Assembly: GCA_964016885.1 (NCBI GenBank)
Contig: OZ024740.1
Span: 191,952,001 to 192,016,000, forward strand
Direction of reading: 5' to 3'
Origin: Eledone cirrhosa
Taxonomy: Eukaryota
Length of the DNA stretch: 64,000 nucleotides
Part shown: positions 31,910-45,965 of the stretch, one piece after another
Numbering within the stretch: the stretch's first letter is position 1
Layout: every line of letters starts with the position of its first letter
Notes under the pieces: generated by a model
Told to the model about the DNA's origin: nothing
Seen by the model: only the letters and a program-made list of their open reading frames with translations
Databases searched by the model: none
Position numbers and translations under genes: made by a program

Positions 31910-33016
31910 GCTCAAGTATTAATGTAAGGGAGATATATAGAGAGATATAGAGAGATATAGAGAGAGAAAAAATTTAAAAATAGCCAGACATATTCGAGGC
32001 GTAGACAACCCTATGTTTTAATGTATTAGTATTTATAAAACTTACACTATATTGTAAATATCAGTATTCCTGAATGAAACAAGTATTCACAATGCGTGAA
32101 AATTCATTATCTTATGTTTAGTTTTAAAAAAATTCATATGTCTATGTGACAGCTACAAACATCAATGTGAATCCAACTGATTCACTCCGCAAATTCTAAG
32201 TTACCGGAAAACATTCTCAATGTGGTATAAAAATTTGAGCGTATTATTATTCTTGCGATTACTCTACAAGATTATCTATCAAGCAGAAATAGAGAGCAGA
32301 TTTCAATATACTAATCGAAAATATATATTATATTATAAACAAAGATAACAATAATAATGATAATAAGTAAAAATATATAAAAATATAGAATATAGAATAG
32401 AAAACTAAAAAATATTACGAAAGAATATTACATAATAAAAATATTGCATATTAAAAATACTACGTATTAAAAATATTACGTATTAAAAATTTACATATAA
32501 AAATATTAAAAATAAAAATTTACATATAAAAATATTAAAAATAAAAATAAAATAAAATAAAAATAAAAATATTATAGAATACTACAATACTAAAAGAATA
32601 AAAATAAAAATAAAAATAAAAATAAAAATAAAAATGAAAATAAAAATAAACCACAAAGAACAACCCTTCAAAGTTAATTGACAATATATTGCCAAGTTCA
32701 TTACAAGACAAAGCCAAAAATTATCTATCAAATCACATCTAGCAAGGAATATCGCAAAAAAAGATTATGATGTCCAATAATGTCTACATATGCTCCTATA
32801 TTTAATATATAAGTTTATCTAGTGTAAGGTTAATTCAAAAAATTTGGAGCATCGGCTTTTAGGGTAGCTTAATTTTTCATGAGGAATGTTTAGATAAAAA
32901 TAAAAATAAATAAAATAAAATAAACAATAAAAAGAGTAAAAAGAGGGAATCAAAGATTTAGGAATCAAAAGATTTATCGGCTAGTTCTCATATAAATATA
33001 AATCAAACTAAATATA

Positions 33017-34615
33017 CTACATTTTAAATTTAAATTTATATTTAAACGTTGAGTTTAATCTATGTTTGCAACAACTGAATAAATGTGTCCGTAGGTTAAG
33101 GGAATTTTTAGATTTTAGTATAAAGAATATCTCCTCTGCGCAGAGGTCACATGTCTCAGAGGATGAGTTAAAAGGAATCCCTCTTGAGACTATATTCCAA
33201 GCCGTCGAATATCTAACATTATCTAGCTTAAGTTGCCAGAGTACCCCTGATAGTGCCGTTGAAGATTTTTTATTTGGATCTGTGAAAGAATTCTTGTGGT
33301 TATTATAGCGAAGTTTAAATTCCGTCGATGTGGAACCGACGTAGTTAAAAGAATTAGAGTCAGTATTAACATTACAATTGTATACTATATTTTTAACTAA
33401 GCAGTTGTTATTTAACGGACATTTAGATCTATCTCTACAGTTACATTTGTTAACTTGTATATTATTTATGCTATTATCAGTAGGTTTTAAGTTCCTATTA
33501 TTTATTCTATTAATATTTTGTGCTAAATTTTTGGTGGATGAGTAGGTTAATTTAATTGTATGCCTATTGAAGATTGAGTGGTACCTATGTGTTCTAGGGA
33601 AGCGATTATCAAGAGCTTTGAAAAATAATTTAGCGATGTGGGTTTTAATGTTTAGTGAGAAAGGGGGGGCAAACCAAATTATGTTCCTAGTTCTATTTCT
33701 TTTTTGTCCTTTGGAATTATTGTAATGCTTTCTATTATAGTTGTTAATGTTGTTGCCGTAATTAAAAAAGTTGTTACTTTGTTTAGTTTGTTTATCATTA
33801 TCTATGTACACAATCTTATCAGCATACCCTGCCCTAGCTAGTGCATCATTATAGTATTGGGCCTTTTCGTCAAAAATCTTTCTATTCGACGAGATCCTAG
33901 AGATACGTTTTTGGACTGAGTTTACTATAGTGTTTTTGACAGATCTGGGGTGGTTAGAGTTAAAGTTGACATAGTTTAAGTTTTCATTCAACTTGTGAAA
34001 AGGATAGTGGAGACATGTGTTGAGATTTAATGTTATATCTAGGAAATTGACTATTCTATGGTTGTTCTCAATTTCTATTTTAAGGTTAAAGTAATTAAAA
34101 AATTTTGTAATTTGTTTACATTTTCTATTTAGTTCAGGGTTATTATTATTAATAAGTAAAAGCATGTCATCCCTATATAAACCTCCGGTAGTACCAGGTA
34201 TTTTCCTATGTAGCGAATTGATTAAAAATAAGCCCACAAGGTCAGTTACCTGAGCTGAGTCGGAAGATCCCATAGTTATGTCAAAATTACTATCTCTATC
34301 TGCTCTGGTCCATAATTTGTCATCAAATTCTATCAAAGTTTTCCTAGCCGATAATATAATATGCATTTCTTTGCTAGTTAGGTCAGTATGTTTGAATGCG
34401 TAATTTAGTGCCTTATTTAGTAGACTAGGGGTAATAGAAGAATAATAGTTAGCTATATCAAGTTGAATAAACCTATTATTATTGTCATATTTAATTTGCC
34501 TAAACCACTCAACAACCTCTCCATTTCCCTTCCACAAGCTCAGGTTAGATACACAATCCAAGTTCTTAATTTGCAGTATCACCCTGTCAAGAATGTTTTT
34601 GCTTAATTTGCCCAA
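33017..34615 (-). CDS. Penelope-like element polyprotein, RT plus GIY-YIG endonuclease (YRDD type); main ORF
   Basis: 532-aa open frame: FIQLDIANYYSSI, MGSSDSAQVTDLVG, LYRDD, VNFLDITL, SNHP, IIWFAPPFS, CNCR..CPL..C, IVY..YVG..FKLRYNNHK, CDLCAEE, LNLR..CKH. Confidence 0.93.
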   Translation of the reverse strand: MGKLSKNILDRVILQIKNLDCVSNLSLWKGNGEVVEWFRQIKYDNNNRFIQLDIANYYSSITPSLLNKALNYAFKHTDLTSKEMHIILSARKTLIEFDDKLWTRADRDSNFDITMGSSDSAQVTDLVGLFLINSLHRKIPGTTGGLYRDDMLLLINNNNPELNRKCKQITKFFNYFNLKIEIENNHRIVNFLDITLNLNTCLHYPFHKLNENLNYVNFNSNHPRSVKNTIVNSVQKRISRISSNRKIFDEKAQYYNDALARAGYADKIVYIDNDKQTKQSNNFFNYGNNINNYNRKHYNNSKGQKRNRTRNIIWFAPPFSLNIKTHIAKLFFKALDNRFPRTHRYHSIFNRHTIKLTYSSTKNLAQNINRINNRNLKPTDNSINNIQVNKCNCRDRSKCPLNNNCLVKNIVYNCNVNTDSNSFNYVGSTSTEFKLRYNNHKNSFTDPNKKSSTALSGVLWQLKLDNVRYSTAWNIVSRGIPFNSSSETCDLCAEEIFFILKSKNSLNLRTHLFSCCKHRLNSTFKYKFKFKM

Positions 34616-35020
34616 TCCGATTTTGAAGGTGCGATCAATCTAACTGGCAGGTCAATTTCAAAATTCCTCTTGTGGTCCTTCATATTGATCTTCGGTTTCC
34701 TGGGCACGAAAGGTTGTGTTCTGTTCTCAATTTCCAACTCATGCATTATACAAGATGCTTCAACATTCATTTTCTCAAGTTCGGCCTTATCTGCTACCTT
34801 GTATTTTTTCCTCAGCTCTTTCAGTATGAGGCCATTATACATGTCTTTCCGCACTCCATAGAGGTTGTTGGTCTTGTCAGATTTCACCAAGATCTTCTCA
34901 GTTTTCTCTAAGCTCTCAATGTTATCCTTAATGCCTTTCAGATATTCCTGGCCTTTAAAGTTTCTCTTGAATTTGACCCCTTGTATGATAGAAATTATAT
35001 CGTTTTCAAAGTCAGATAAA
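34603..35020 (-). pseudogene. N-terminal part of the same PLE ORF, separated by a 1-nt frameshift and 5'-truncated
   Basis: LSDFENDI..VKFKRN..VKSDKTNNLY..KYK..MKDHKRNF..VRLIAPSKSD joins LGKLSK if one T is added at tcggat(t)tgggc near 34613-34620. Confidence 0.85.
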
Positions 35021-35937
35021 AGATATATATACATACATATATATGAGGGAATGGTGTCTTCCACATAGGATTTGAAGTCCAGGAAATTTGCATATCAATA
35101 ATATCGATAATATTTATATGCAGTACTTCTTATGTAATCAATACTACATTTGACTATATTACCCATATTTTATTAATATAAAGTTTAAAGTTAAAATATA
35201 AAGTTAAAATATATAAAGTTAAATAAATATAAAGTTAAAATAATATAAAGTTAAAATATAACGTTTAACACATTTCTTCTCCATGCAGTAAATGTTTTAT
35301 CTAAACTATAATAAAGTAAGGATTGCGGGACTGCACCCACAATACATTTTTTTATATCTCGTTTGTAAAATAAGTTGGATTACTTTAAATAATTAATGAA
35401 TGAATATTACATAATGTATGTACTAAACTTCGTAAATAAATGTCGTATTTATAAATAATTTGAAATCGACTTCTTTCAAATTCACAAATTTCTTCACTTC
35501 CGTATACTCGTCGCCACCACCATCAGTTCAACTACCATATACATAGAAAGAGAGAGTGTGTGATGAGCGAGATAGAGTTATAATGATTTTCTGCACGCTG
35601 ACGCGTATGATTGTGCACATACATATATCTATATATATGAGTATATAACTATAATTGTGCAAACACAAATTTATGAAAATACACCCTCACGAACATACAT
35701 TCAGATAAATACACATACTTTCACACAAAAAACATTCACACATACATTTACACAGACACACATACAGTCATGATAGCGTTCCGTGAATTGTAAACGAGAG
35801 GGTGAAACAAGTATAACGTTTTATTTATTTATTAACAACACAGTTTTACTTTTTTTATTTTTAAACTCATTTGTATAAAAATTTAATATAATGCTTGCAG
35901 AACGAAAACACAATCAAATACAAAATATACAAAGGAA

Positions 35938-36075
35938 AGGGAAAATGGCTCTTGCAGCGCATCTCCCTTAACATCCTCGGGAGAAACGCCTTCTCCATCC
36001 TGTCCGTCGGGGCTGTGATGAGGCCAGCATGTGGGACCCATTTTCTAACCATACAGGTCAATAGGCAAAGTTATA
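35938..36075 (+). pseudogene. Probable 3' fragment of an RLE-type (CRE/R2-like) non-LTR retrotransposon
   Basis: KWLLQRISLNILGRNAFSIL resembles the terminal QRISIAIQRGNAxxIL motif. It is a GC-richer insert between two copies of a ~220-bp duplication. Confidence 0.5.
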
Positions 36076-36499
36076 AACTATTATGATAATGTAGTTAGCT
36101 AACAGAACACGGTAGCAAAAGAGTCATTAACTGTGACGTCCCGTTCATACAAATACACATACTTTCAGACAAACACATACATACATTCACACAAACGCAC
36201 GTTCACACATATACATTAACACAAACACACACATGCAGTCATGATAGCGTTCGGGGAATTGGAAATGGGTGGGTAAAAGTATAAGTTTTTATTTCTTTAT
36301 TAACAACATAGTTTATCTCTTTTTTTTAAAACTCATTTGTATAAAAAATTAATATAATGATTACAGAACGAAAACACTACCAAATATAATATATACAAAG
36401 AAAAGGATAAGCAAAAAATAAAAATAAAAAATAGACAAGCACGTAATACCCGCACACAAACACACATACACATTGTGTGATTGACGGGTGGATAGAAGT

Positions 36500-37150
36500 C
36501 CCTCAAATTGATATACATGTGAATGGAATTCTACTGAAGCAGTTAGAGAAGTTCAAGTATTTCAAGTCTTCATGAGTGATGGAATGCAGGAGGCTGAATT
36601 AATTGCAAGAATTGGAAAAGGTGATGCAGTAATGCGCCAGCCTCAGCATTCAGCAATCAGCAGAAGGGGGTAGGTGTAAAAGCCCAACTCGCTGTCTTCC
36701 TGGTATTCCTGTCGACTCTTACCGACGATCATGAATCTTGAGTAATGTCCAAAAGAATATAATTGCAAATAAAAGCGGCAGAAATGGGATTCCTCCGAAG
36801 GGTCTTTGGAGTAACGTTACTCGATAAAATGCATAACTCAGAGACCAGAGAATCACTCCGTTTCATCTCCGAATTGAGAGATCACAACTTCGATATTATG
36901 AGCATGTGGTTAGAATGTCTCAGTAAAGAATTGGTGAACACAATTTAAAGGCAAAACCAACCGTCGAGAGACCTACAGGTAGACCCTGAGCAAGATAGTT
37001 GGATAGCATCCATGCGTTTGGCTCGTCACGCTTTCGGATAAAACTGCATTAGTTAGAGATGGTTGCTTCTGACAGACTCGCTGGAAGGTGTTTTTGAGAA
37101 GGCCTCTGCCCCCACGACCCCCTCAGAAATAAATGGGCGAAGAAGAAGAT
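36500..37150 (+). mobile_element. Decayed RTE LINE 3' fragment
   Basis: IHVNGILLKQLEKFKY, IARIGK, QIKAAEMGFLRRVFGVTLLDKMHNSETRESL, RPTGRP; ends in cccacgaccc..(gaa)n. Confidence 0.85.
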
Positions 37151-40100
37151 ATTATCAATTTACTTCTTTCATTTACATATATATATTTGCATATAATACC
37201 AATATGCATACTACATATGCTAGCATATAATACCAATATGCATACTACATAGGCTAGCAGAAAACCGGCCGAAGGGTGGTTTTTCTGCAAGTGTGCGTAA
37301 TGGATTGTCACAATCGTATGATGATCAGCACGATTACTTTAATATTCATGATCTTTATTATCACCAGCCAGTTTCGTTCTATAGACACTATGACAGCAGG
37401 AATATCAGCAAGCATTTAAAGAGCTCCGATAACATTTTACTACTCGTTTTAGAACGATTATGAAGTTTCTATTTAGTATATACGAACAATTCTCATTTGG
37501 ATTGTGCCACTAATTCGATGGTTGAATTCAAACACGACATCAATGTAATAGTTAAATAAATTAAAACACAAGTTCGCTGTTTTAATTAAATGGCGTATAA
37601 ATAATGGTTCAAATGTATATTCATTTTTCTACCATAATTACTGCTCAATGGTAACTTTGAATTCTATAAATGATTACTACCGATAACTAATGACGTTATA
37701 CAACGAGCATCTTTAACGTTTTGCTGATAAACAGGAATATGCTGAGGATGACAGCTGCCCATGTAGCCGGGCAACGGTAACGAATCGAAAATCAATTTGT
37801 ATTAAAGTGAACTATTTAACTACATGCACATATCTACCCTCTTTAATATTTTAATTCGAAGATTATACTATACAATGTTTGATTCTGGGTTTAGAATGTT
37901 TCCTCTACAGATATCATGTCATCCTAAAAGGTTAGAAACCATATCCCCTGCGCTCTTCATTCTAGTGATATCCACTTCAATGCTGTCTTTTTTTTAGCAA
38001 TTACCTGTTCGTCACACAATGTTACTAACTCTTGCATTATTCATTCTAATATCCTGTCACGGGTTCTTCACGTTGATACTGGCCTTTTAGTAAAAATTAT
38101 GCTTTCGTTTTTGTACAGGCTTTGAAACATTTTTCATGCGAAAATATCTGTTGAAACATATATTGTTAAAATTTGGCAGCATAACCCTCCCAAATTATAA
38201 CAATATATGTTTTCCTTTATTATAACATAAATCATATTCTATATATAATTAATTATTTACAGACTTAGATGTTGCGCTTAATGCCACATATAATAGCAGT
38301 CAAGCAAAACCCGTATCATAGAACTCTGCACGTTTTCGACTTTATTTACCTTACTTAATTCCATGCACATAAATATGAGTAATTGTAACATCTATAATAT
38401 CTTCACGCAAAACAATAAATAAAATTAGTAATTAACTTACTTGGTCATTTGTCCTAAACACTACATTATATTTATTTAGCTGTTTCATTTTTGTTTGAGA
38501 GTTTAATAACTTATCCATAAATAACAGCAATTATCGAAATTAAAACTACAAAATTAAGGGTTGATTATGTATTATCGTGGAAAACTATAAATCTGCAGAA
38601 CCGAATTTGAATGGAAATGAAACGTATGTTTGCGAAAGATTCAAAATTAAAGAACATATATCTTAATGTATTTTGTTTTCTATTTTTAGTGTATTTTGTT
38701 TTCAGATTTTTTTAAATGTAGAAGCTGCTTAATATATTCCTTCCAATTTTTGGCTTCGGATATTTCATTTATTTCATTAAAATATATTTATTATACTAAC
38801 TAATTCTGAGCTTATATATTTCTAAATAGCACCAAATCTCTTTTAGATTGAATTTTATAGTATAATGTATTCATTGTTGTGATGAATTGTATAAATAATT
38901 GCTGGAAGCGTCCTTTTCCGATAAATCTCATTTTTAGAGTGGTCCCAATTGCCGTTTGCAATAAATGAGTAACAAAGTGGTATCACCGCATTTTATTCGA
39001 CAGAGCATCAGTATTCTTGCAGAATAGGTCATTTAGAATGTCATAATTTTATGTACAGAAATTGTTACTATAATGTTTGCAACAAAATTTATTTTCAGTA
39101 CATCTAGTTTATAGACCATTTAAATGGCCGTTTGCAATTTTTAGAAAACGTAGTGGTGTTATCTTATACGAGTTCTTGTTCTTAAAACGCTCAATAGTCA
39201 CCCTTTCAATACTTCTTACGTATGAATGGAACCTAACTAGAATCCTTGAAATCGATCCAAATGCTAGAACATATGTTCAAAACGCAACAACTCCTCTAAC
39301 CCTTCTTTTTCGAGCCAGAAAATATTTCAACCAACAAAAACTAATACCACATTTATCACATCACTGTCAAGTACGTCAGTGACACTCTCCGGCGTTTGGT
39401 CGACAGACTTCCTGCCTGATACATCTGCCTCTTATATGATTATACTACAATTGTATCTGTTCCTCCTCGCTTGCCAATAAACGTCACTTCACCTGATCCA
39501 CACGTCTTTCGATGGCGTGAAACTGTGTTCACACGAAAGTCATCCAATACCTCCTTTCTAGAAAAATATCAGCCTGCACACCTCTATTCGATAAAACATC
39601 GACCACTATCAGTCTAACTGAAATATCGAAGGCTGCAGAAAGACAAGCTTCCCCAGTCCCTTCTCCTGGTCTAATATGTAAAAAAGTATGTAAATCGAAC
39701 AAATCAATGCAGGAAATCAGCAATCTAAAAGTAAAATGAAGATGTTCATGCCAATACCCACGATAAGATCTGAAATGTTAAAGTTATAATAACAGTTATG
39801 GAATACTATCTTCTGGAATTCTACTTGTAATGCATTAATGGTGAAAGTCCCCTCTACGCGTTTAAAACGTTTGGTTGAAAATAGTATTAAGGTATATTAT
39901 ATCACATGTTTATTTTCAATAAACAGAAACACTTTTGTGTTTCGTTGATATGGAGTATAAATTTAATGCCAATTTGTAGTTAGTCTTGCAATACAAAATA
40001 CATTATATACAATACGAACTTTCTTTGTAGTTATAAATTATTATTTTTGTCAAAAGAAGTCAAATTATAGCTAGTCATTGAAACTTTCAGATATATATAT

Positions 40101-40948
40101 TTTTTTTTTGGAAACTGCTGGTGGAACCTTATTAATAAAACGATTTTTTTTTAAAACTAGCTTTCAACAATTGATTCTTATATATTGAAAGTTACATTGG
40201 TATATTTCTCCAAAGTTATAAAATTGAAATATAAGCAAATAAAATATCATTTCCATATATTCGACCGCCAAGTAAATAGGTTTAGATATTGAAGGTATCT
40301 GGTGCCACAAGGGATAGGTTTATAAATGTCTATAAATATTATGTTATCCTAAGCGTAAATACTGAGATCAGATACGAAGACTTTGATGTATATAACTATT
40401 AGTTTTAAATCATTCAATCACGACTGCTTTGAGATATAGGTTGATATATTGTTTGTTTGTATAGATTCAATTGACTGTTGAAGGTTTACAATGAGAAAAC
40501 TTTTCCCAAGTACATTATTTCTCTTTTATGTTGAACGATCATAGAACAAAAGATATGATAATTTTAAAACAAGCGAGACGTAAGAGTATTTAAAAAGATC
40601 TAATGATTTCTACTGATTAAAAACACATCTGCTCTACATATTGCAACATAATAGTGGAATGGTTGCCTGAGAAATTAATTTCCTATTCTGATATTAATAC
40701 ATAAACATATAAATATGTGACGGTGATAAACATTATGGTTACAGATATCACCACAAGAGAAATACTAGATGGGAATATATCATCTTGTAAATTCCAAATA
40801 CTATTAGCATATTAGCGAATTTGATTCATCGCATTTAGATATATTAGTAAAATATTGTATATATGGATATTGATTCACATCTATATATCTATTTATCTAT
40901 GTGACTAGATCACTGCCCTTCTCTCTCTCTCCCTCTATCTCCATCTAT

Positions 40949-40982
<34 letters not shown>

Positions 40983-41626
40983 CAAATAATGTTAGTAAGT
41001 ATATATGTATGTATATATGTATATATGTGAGTTTCCTATTTCATTCGAGTGTTCATGTGATGAAAAGTAAATATGTTACATTATATTTTAACATAATATA
41101 ATAAAACGAAATGTATTACGTATAAATGAATGCATTCAAAAATAAATACGAGAAGCATGAGGAAAATAATCAAAGCGGCCGTTCACAAGAATTATTTGGG
41201 GAATATTCTCCTCTTTTATATTTCTTCATTCCATATATTTAGTGTTGAAATGAAGTTTGACTAATAGGAAAATAAATAATCAAAGACATTATGTGAGCTC
41301 CATTCCGATCATACTACCGAGTGTATATATACACTCACACACACATTCACACCCTCGAACATGTATAGGTTGTTCAGTGGATATATATATAGGTGTGTAT
41401 ATATTAGTATAATGTTAGTGTGTATTTGAAAATTCCGAGGGTATGTGTTCTGGCAGGAAACTTTAGAAATTCCATTGTCTCCTGATCACTATTCGTATAT
41501 CTTTTTATAATATATAATGCTCCTGCTTGCAGCAATTATACAGGTTGTTGTGCGCATATTTGCATCCGATTCGAGGCTGACCTTCCGTAATGGGGTCCAT
41601 ATACCCTGAGTCGGTAAGCAACATAC

Positions 41627-41679
<53 letters not shown>

Positions 41680-41682
41680 CGT

Positions 41683-42360
41683 TTGTTATTACTCTAATGT
41701 GACACAACCTTATCGAGTGCTTTGCTGAACATTCCTGACTGTATATCGTTACCTTCGTCACAGCCAAAACTTCGATTATACTAAACTTCCATTTGTATTA
41801 TTATCTCCAAGACTTAATAATTAATTAATTTAATTAGACAATACTATAAATTGGTTAATTATTTATGTTTGTATAATAACATATGGTCGAGTGCTTTATT
41901 CTGTTTGTGGAATGGAATGTATTCCTTTGTTCAAAATTTGTATTGGCCCGACAAAAACCGTGGGCTACATCCCTTTGGGGGAAAAACCACATGATCGGCA
42001 GTAGTTTACTGCTACGATTCACACCGGCTCGCGGCACAGAACGGAAGATTGTTGATACAGTGGATCTACTGTTAGGTAATCCCAAACCCAAAACGTGCAT
42101 AATGCGCAACTGGATTGTTGATTTCGGAGATATTGCTTAATATCGATCGATATGGTCCAGGTTGTCAATACCTGATTGGTTTTCTCGTTGCTGTGGTTCA
42201 TGTGGCTGGGTCACTGGTTGCAGTTTTCAATTTGTCAAGCTTTCTAACGCATGTTATTACTCTAAGGTGATACAACCTTATCGAGTGATTTGTTGCACAT
42301 TCCTAACTGTATATAGTTAGCTAGGCCACAGCGAAAACTTGGATTTAAACTAAACTTCCA
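41683..42360. repeat. Unclassified element bounded by ~108-bp direct repeats
   Basis: tgttattactctaa.gtga.acaaccttatcgagtg..aacttcca at 41683-41790 and 42253-42360. TA repeats lie outside both copies. Confidence 0.6.
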
Positions 42361-42470
42361 GATATATATACGTATATATATACGTATTTATATATATGTA
42401 TATATATATATATATATATATGTGTGTTTGTGTGTGAGTGTGTGTGTGTATGTATATGTGTGTGTGTGTG

Positions 42471-42513
<43 letters not shown>

Positions 42514-42919
42514 TGTGTGTGTGTGTGTATGTGTGTGTGTGTACAGAGGGATAGTGAGATATCACGATATATAGATGGAGAGAGGAGAGAGAGAGAGAAA
42601 GTGGAATTGGAAGTAGCACGAAAAATATATTTAAAGATCTGTTATACTTGTTTTCTTTTTTCATCCGTCAAAGTGACATGATTGGGAAGGTGAGAGGAAC
42701 ATTTTATTTTTTTTAAAGGAGTTTTATAAGTTATATATAATGTATTAAATATAATCAGTTTGGATATATCAAATGTTGATAAATACAATTAAAATGAATT
42801 AAACATTTAACATTTAAAATTAATTGTTGAAGAAGGTCTGTTCATCTTTCTTGTTGAGAATAAGACTGGGTCTAAAATGGAATATTGTATATATATATAG
42901 AGAGAGAGGTAGACATAAT

Positions 42920-42936
42920 GGTAGTAGTAGTAGTAT

Positions 42937-42990
<54 letters not shown>

Positions 42991-43075
42991 CAGTAGAAGT
43001 AGTGATATTAGTAGTAATAGTAGTAGTAGTAGTAGTAGTAGTAATAATATTAGTAGTAGTAGTAGTAGTAGTATT
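42920..43075. repeat. (TAG)n microsatellite
   Basis: Directly visible in the sequence. Confidence 0.95.
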
Positions 43076-43084
43076 AGCGGTGTT

Positions 43085-43287
43085 ATGGTAAAGAACCAGA
43101 TGGACCATAGCGCACCAGAGTACTCAATACTTAGGGTAGTAGAGTGGGCAATAGGAAAATGTATGATCCCGATGGCAGAGTTTAAGCCGTTTCGAAAGCT
43201 ATTTCTATACTAAAATAATTTTTTTTAGTCTAGAAATAGCCGTCGAGACGGCTTGAGGTCTGCCGTCGGGGTCATACATTTTCCTAT
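43085..43287 (+). mobile_element. Hairpin-element family copy (137-bp terminal palindrome at 43151-43287)
   Basis: ataggaaaatgtatga.cccga.ggcaga..tctgccgtcggggtcatacattttcctat. Leader shared with 56891 and 22464. Confidence 0.75.
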
Positions 43288-43292
43288 ATATA

Positions 43293-43370
<78 letters not shown>

Positions 43371-43456
43371 TAAATGATTAAAGTTTAAGCAAAATATCGC
43401 TTCTTTCAACCTTGACGGGATCTTCGGATTTTAGTCTTCACATTTATTATTACTAG

Positions 43457-43489
<33 letters not shown>

Positions 43490-44231
43490 ATGTCCAATGG
43501 TGTGTGGGATCTACGTCAGAGAACTGTGGCTTACGTTCCATTCTAGATGCATTATTCTATGGTGTTTAGGTATAGATAATACCACTGCATCCATTTTACT
43601 AGTCTTGTTTACACTAATTACACTGCATTTCTCCGGAGAAAATGTGTTAATCTCATTTTCAATATAATTGATTAACTTGATAACAGTTGAATAAAGGAGA
43701 TGACCATAAATGGCCAGTAACTGCAATGGATAAAGTACCATTTCCAATGGATTATACATATAATCTTATAATATGCCGATGATTAATATATCCATTTGTT
43801 GAATTACTTTCCTGCCGAATGTATTTACTTTTACTTCAGATCAGCCTCGCAATTTATAATTAATGGAGCGGCTTTGTTCAACAGCAACTGTAATTGTTAC
43901 TACTCTCATACGAATTCACTTTTCTAATTATAATGGGTTGTTATTACTGAGGGATAATCATTTAGATTAAGGCGCCATATATCCTGGAATAATGGAACGT
44001 TATGTTCTGTGTCAATGGATGTATAACACAAGGTATGTTAACGTGACCAAATCTAAATATGGTTGTCTCCTTTTGAATATAATTTTGACCTATATATACA
44101 TATACGCCCGCATAAATTATATATATATATATATATATATAGAATTGTTTTATGTTTTGCGATGAAGTTTCGATAAAATTGACTTCAAATTTCCAGTAAT
44201 TAAGATATATATTTAAGTTATATATATACGT

Positions 44232-44316
44232 AGAAGAAGAAGAAGAAGAAGAAGAAGAAGAAGAAGAAGAAGAAGAAGAAGAAGAAGACGACGACGACGA
44301 CGACGAAGAAGAAGAA
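44232..44316. repeat. (GAA)n/(GAC)n microsatellite; another (GAA)n at 54330-54437
   Basis: Directly visible in the sequence. Confidence 0.95.
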
Positions 44317-44634
44317 ACGCAGAGAAAATGCTGAATATGGAGGTAGCCCAAATACATTTAAGGTAAGATAAATTAACGTAAATTTACAAGACTTATACTA
44401 ATATTTCGAAAGTTTATACAGAATGTTATAGCGTAATCTATCATCATTAATAATCGTAGTGCCATTATTTAACATACCATAAACATGGATAATGTCCTGA
44501 GGGGGCGTGAATCATAATTATGAAGATTTGAATTTAAACCTACTATTAGGGGAACACTGGAAAGATGCATTATAAGTGGAAATTAATTTCACATATGTCC
44601 GTGTGTGTGTTTGGGTGTGTATGTTTGTAATAAA

Positions 44635-44692
<58 letters not shown>

Positions 44693-44864
44693 CGTGTCAG
44701 GACACCAACGGCTGAGATCTTACCGTTTCAACAGCTGTTGAGGTCAGCCGTCATTTTCCTGACGCATTCATATAAACATTCTCTACTCAACTATCACCGA
44801 GTACGCTGGTAAGTAATGACCAAACCCGTTTCCCACTAAATTCATCTTGATTCATATATATATA

Positions 44865-45818
44865 CTAGCAGCGTGACCCGGCGTGGCAAGGGGGAGGAAA
44901 CTTGAAATAGCAACACGCATATACAAATATTGAGGAATTTTTGATTTCCCTTATTCTCAAGTAGTGATTGAGGAGCGACGTAATCAATTGTGTGAAAATC
45001 AAGTAGGGATGTACGTTTAACTAGGGATATTGAGATGACGAAACCAGCGTGGCAACGCAGCTGCAGCAGAAGGGGCTCACAGTGCAATTAGCACAAACGC
45101 TGGACGGCACTGGTTGCACTGCGTTTACACAGCAACAAAGGTGAGAAAAAAGGGGTCTCTGCGGAATTAGCACAACCGCTGTTCGGCGTACTTGCTTAGG
45201 GCGTTCATACTGCGGTGTAGGTGCAAGAAAAGGGATCTTAGTAGCAGTAGCACAGACGTGAGTTTTACGTTGTCAATAACATGGCAACGTACACAGGGCC
45301 CGGATTTGCGCATGACGAAAGCACGAAGCGTCAACAGGGCACCGATAAACATTTTAAGGTCGTCCTCAATTCCTCAATCCCCACAAAATGGTCCTGGCTA
45401 AAAGTAAGTAAGTGCTATGCCCTCTGTTAAATAATCCAAATTTATTAACGAAATATTATACGCTGTTTACGATGTTTATGTAGCGTTTGTATTGAAAATG
45501 AAAATGGAATGTAATGCCCAATGCTAATTTGTAAATTTCTTAGAAATCATTAATGGAACCGGAAATGTCTTTTTGCCACAGCATTGTGAGGAGACTAACT
45601 AGTATGTGCTGCAAATGTTGAGGAAATCGGCTGGATTATTATTATTTACGCCTAAAAGTGGTATTTTCGCTTAGGAGAGGAAAAATTAGTTTATTTTAGC
45701 CCATTGGAATTCAAGAAATATAAGTAACGCATCTGTAAAGTTTGAAAAAAATAGGACGGGTACTTCTCGAGTTTTAAGGATTTACGCAGACAGACATCCT
45801 CTGTTATATATATGGAGA
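44865..45818 (-). mobile_element. Non-autonomous Helitron
   Basis: Minus strand begins TCtccatatatataac..gatgtctgtctg and ends ccttgccacgccgggtcacgctgCTAG|t: 5' TC, subterminal hairpin, 3' CTAG. Confidence 0.7.
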
Positions 45819-45898
45819 GGTAATATATATATGTGTTTTTGTGTGTGCGTGTATGTGTGTGTGTAATGTGTGTCTCTGTCTGTCTCTGTGTATGTATG

Positions 45899-45962
<64 letters not shown>

Positions 45963-45965
45963 CAT

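Noticed and set aside
31950-33016. Expected hammerhead downstream of the long PLE ORF
   Set aside because: Only fragments were seen (TTGAGAA; GAATATGTC) and I could not assemble a fold.
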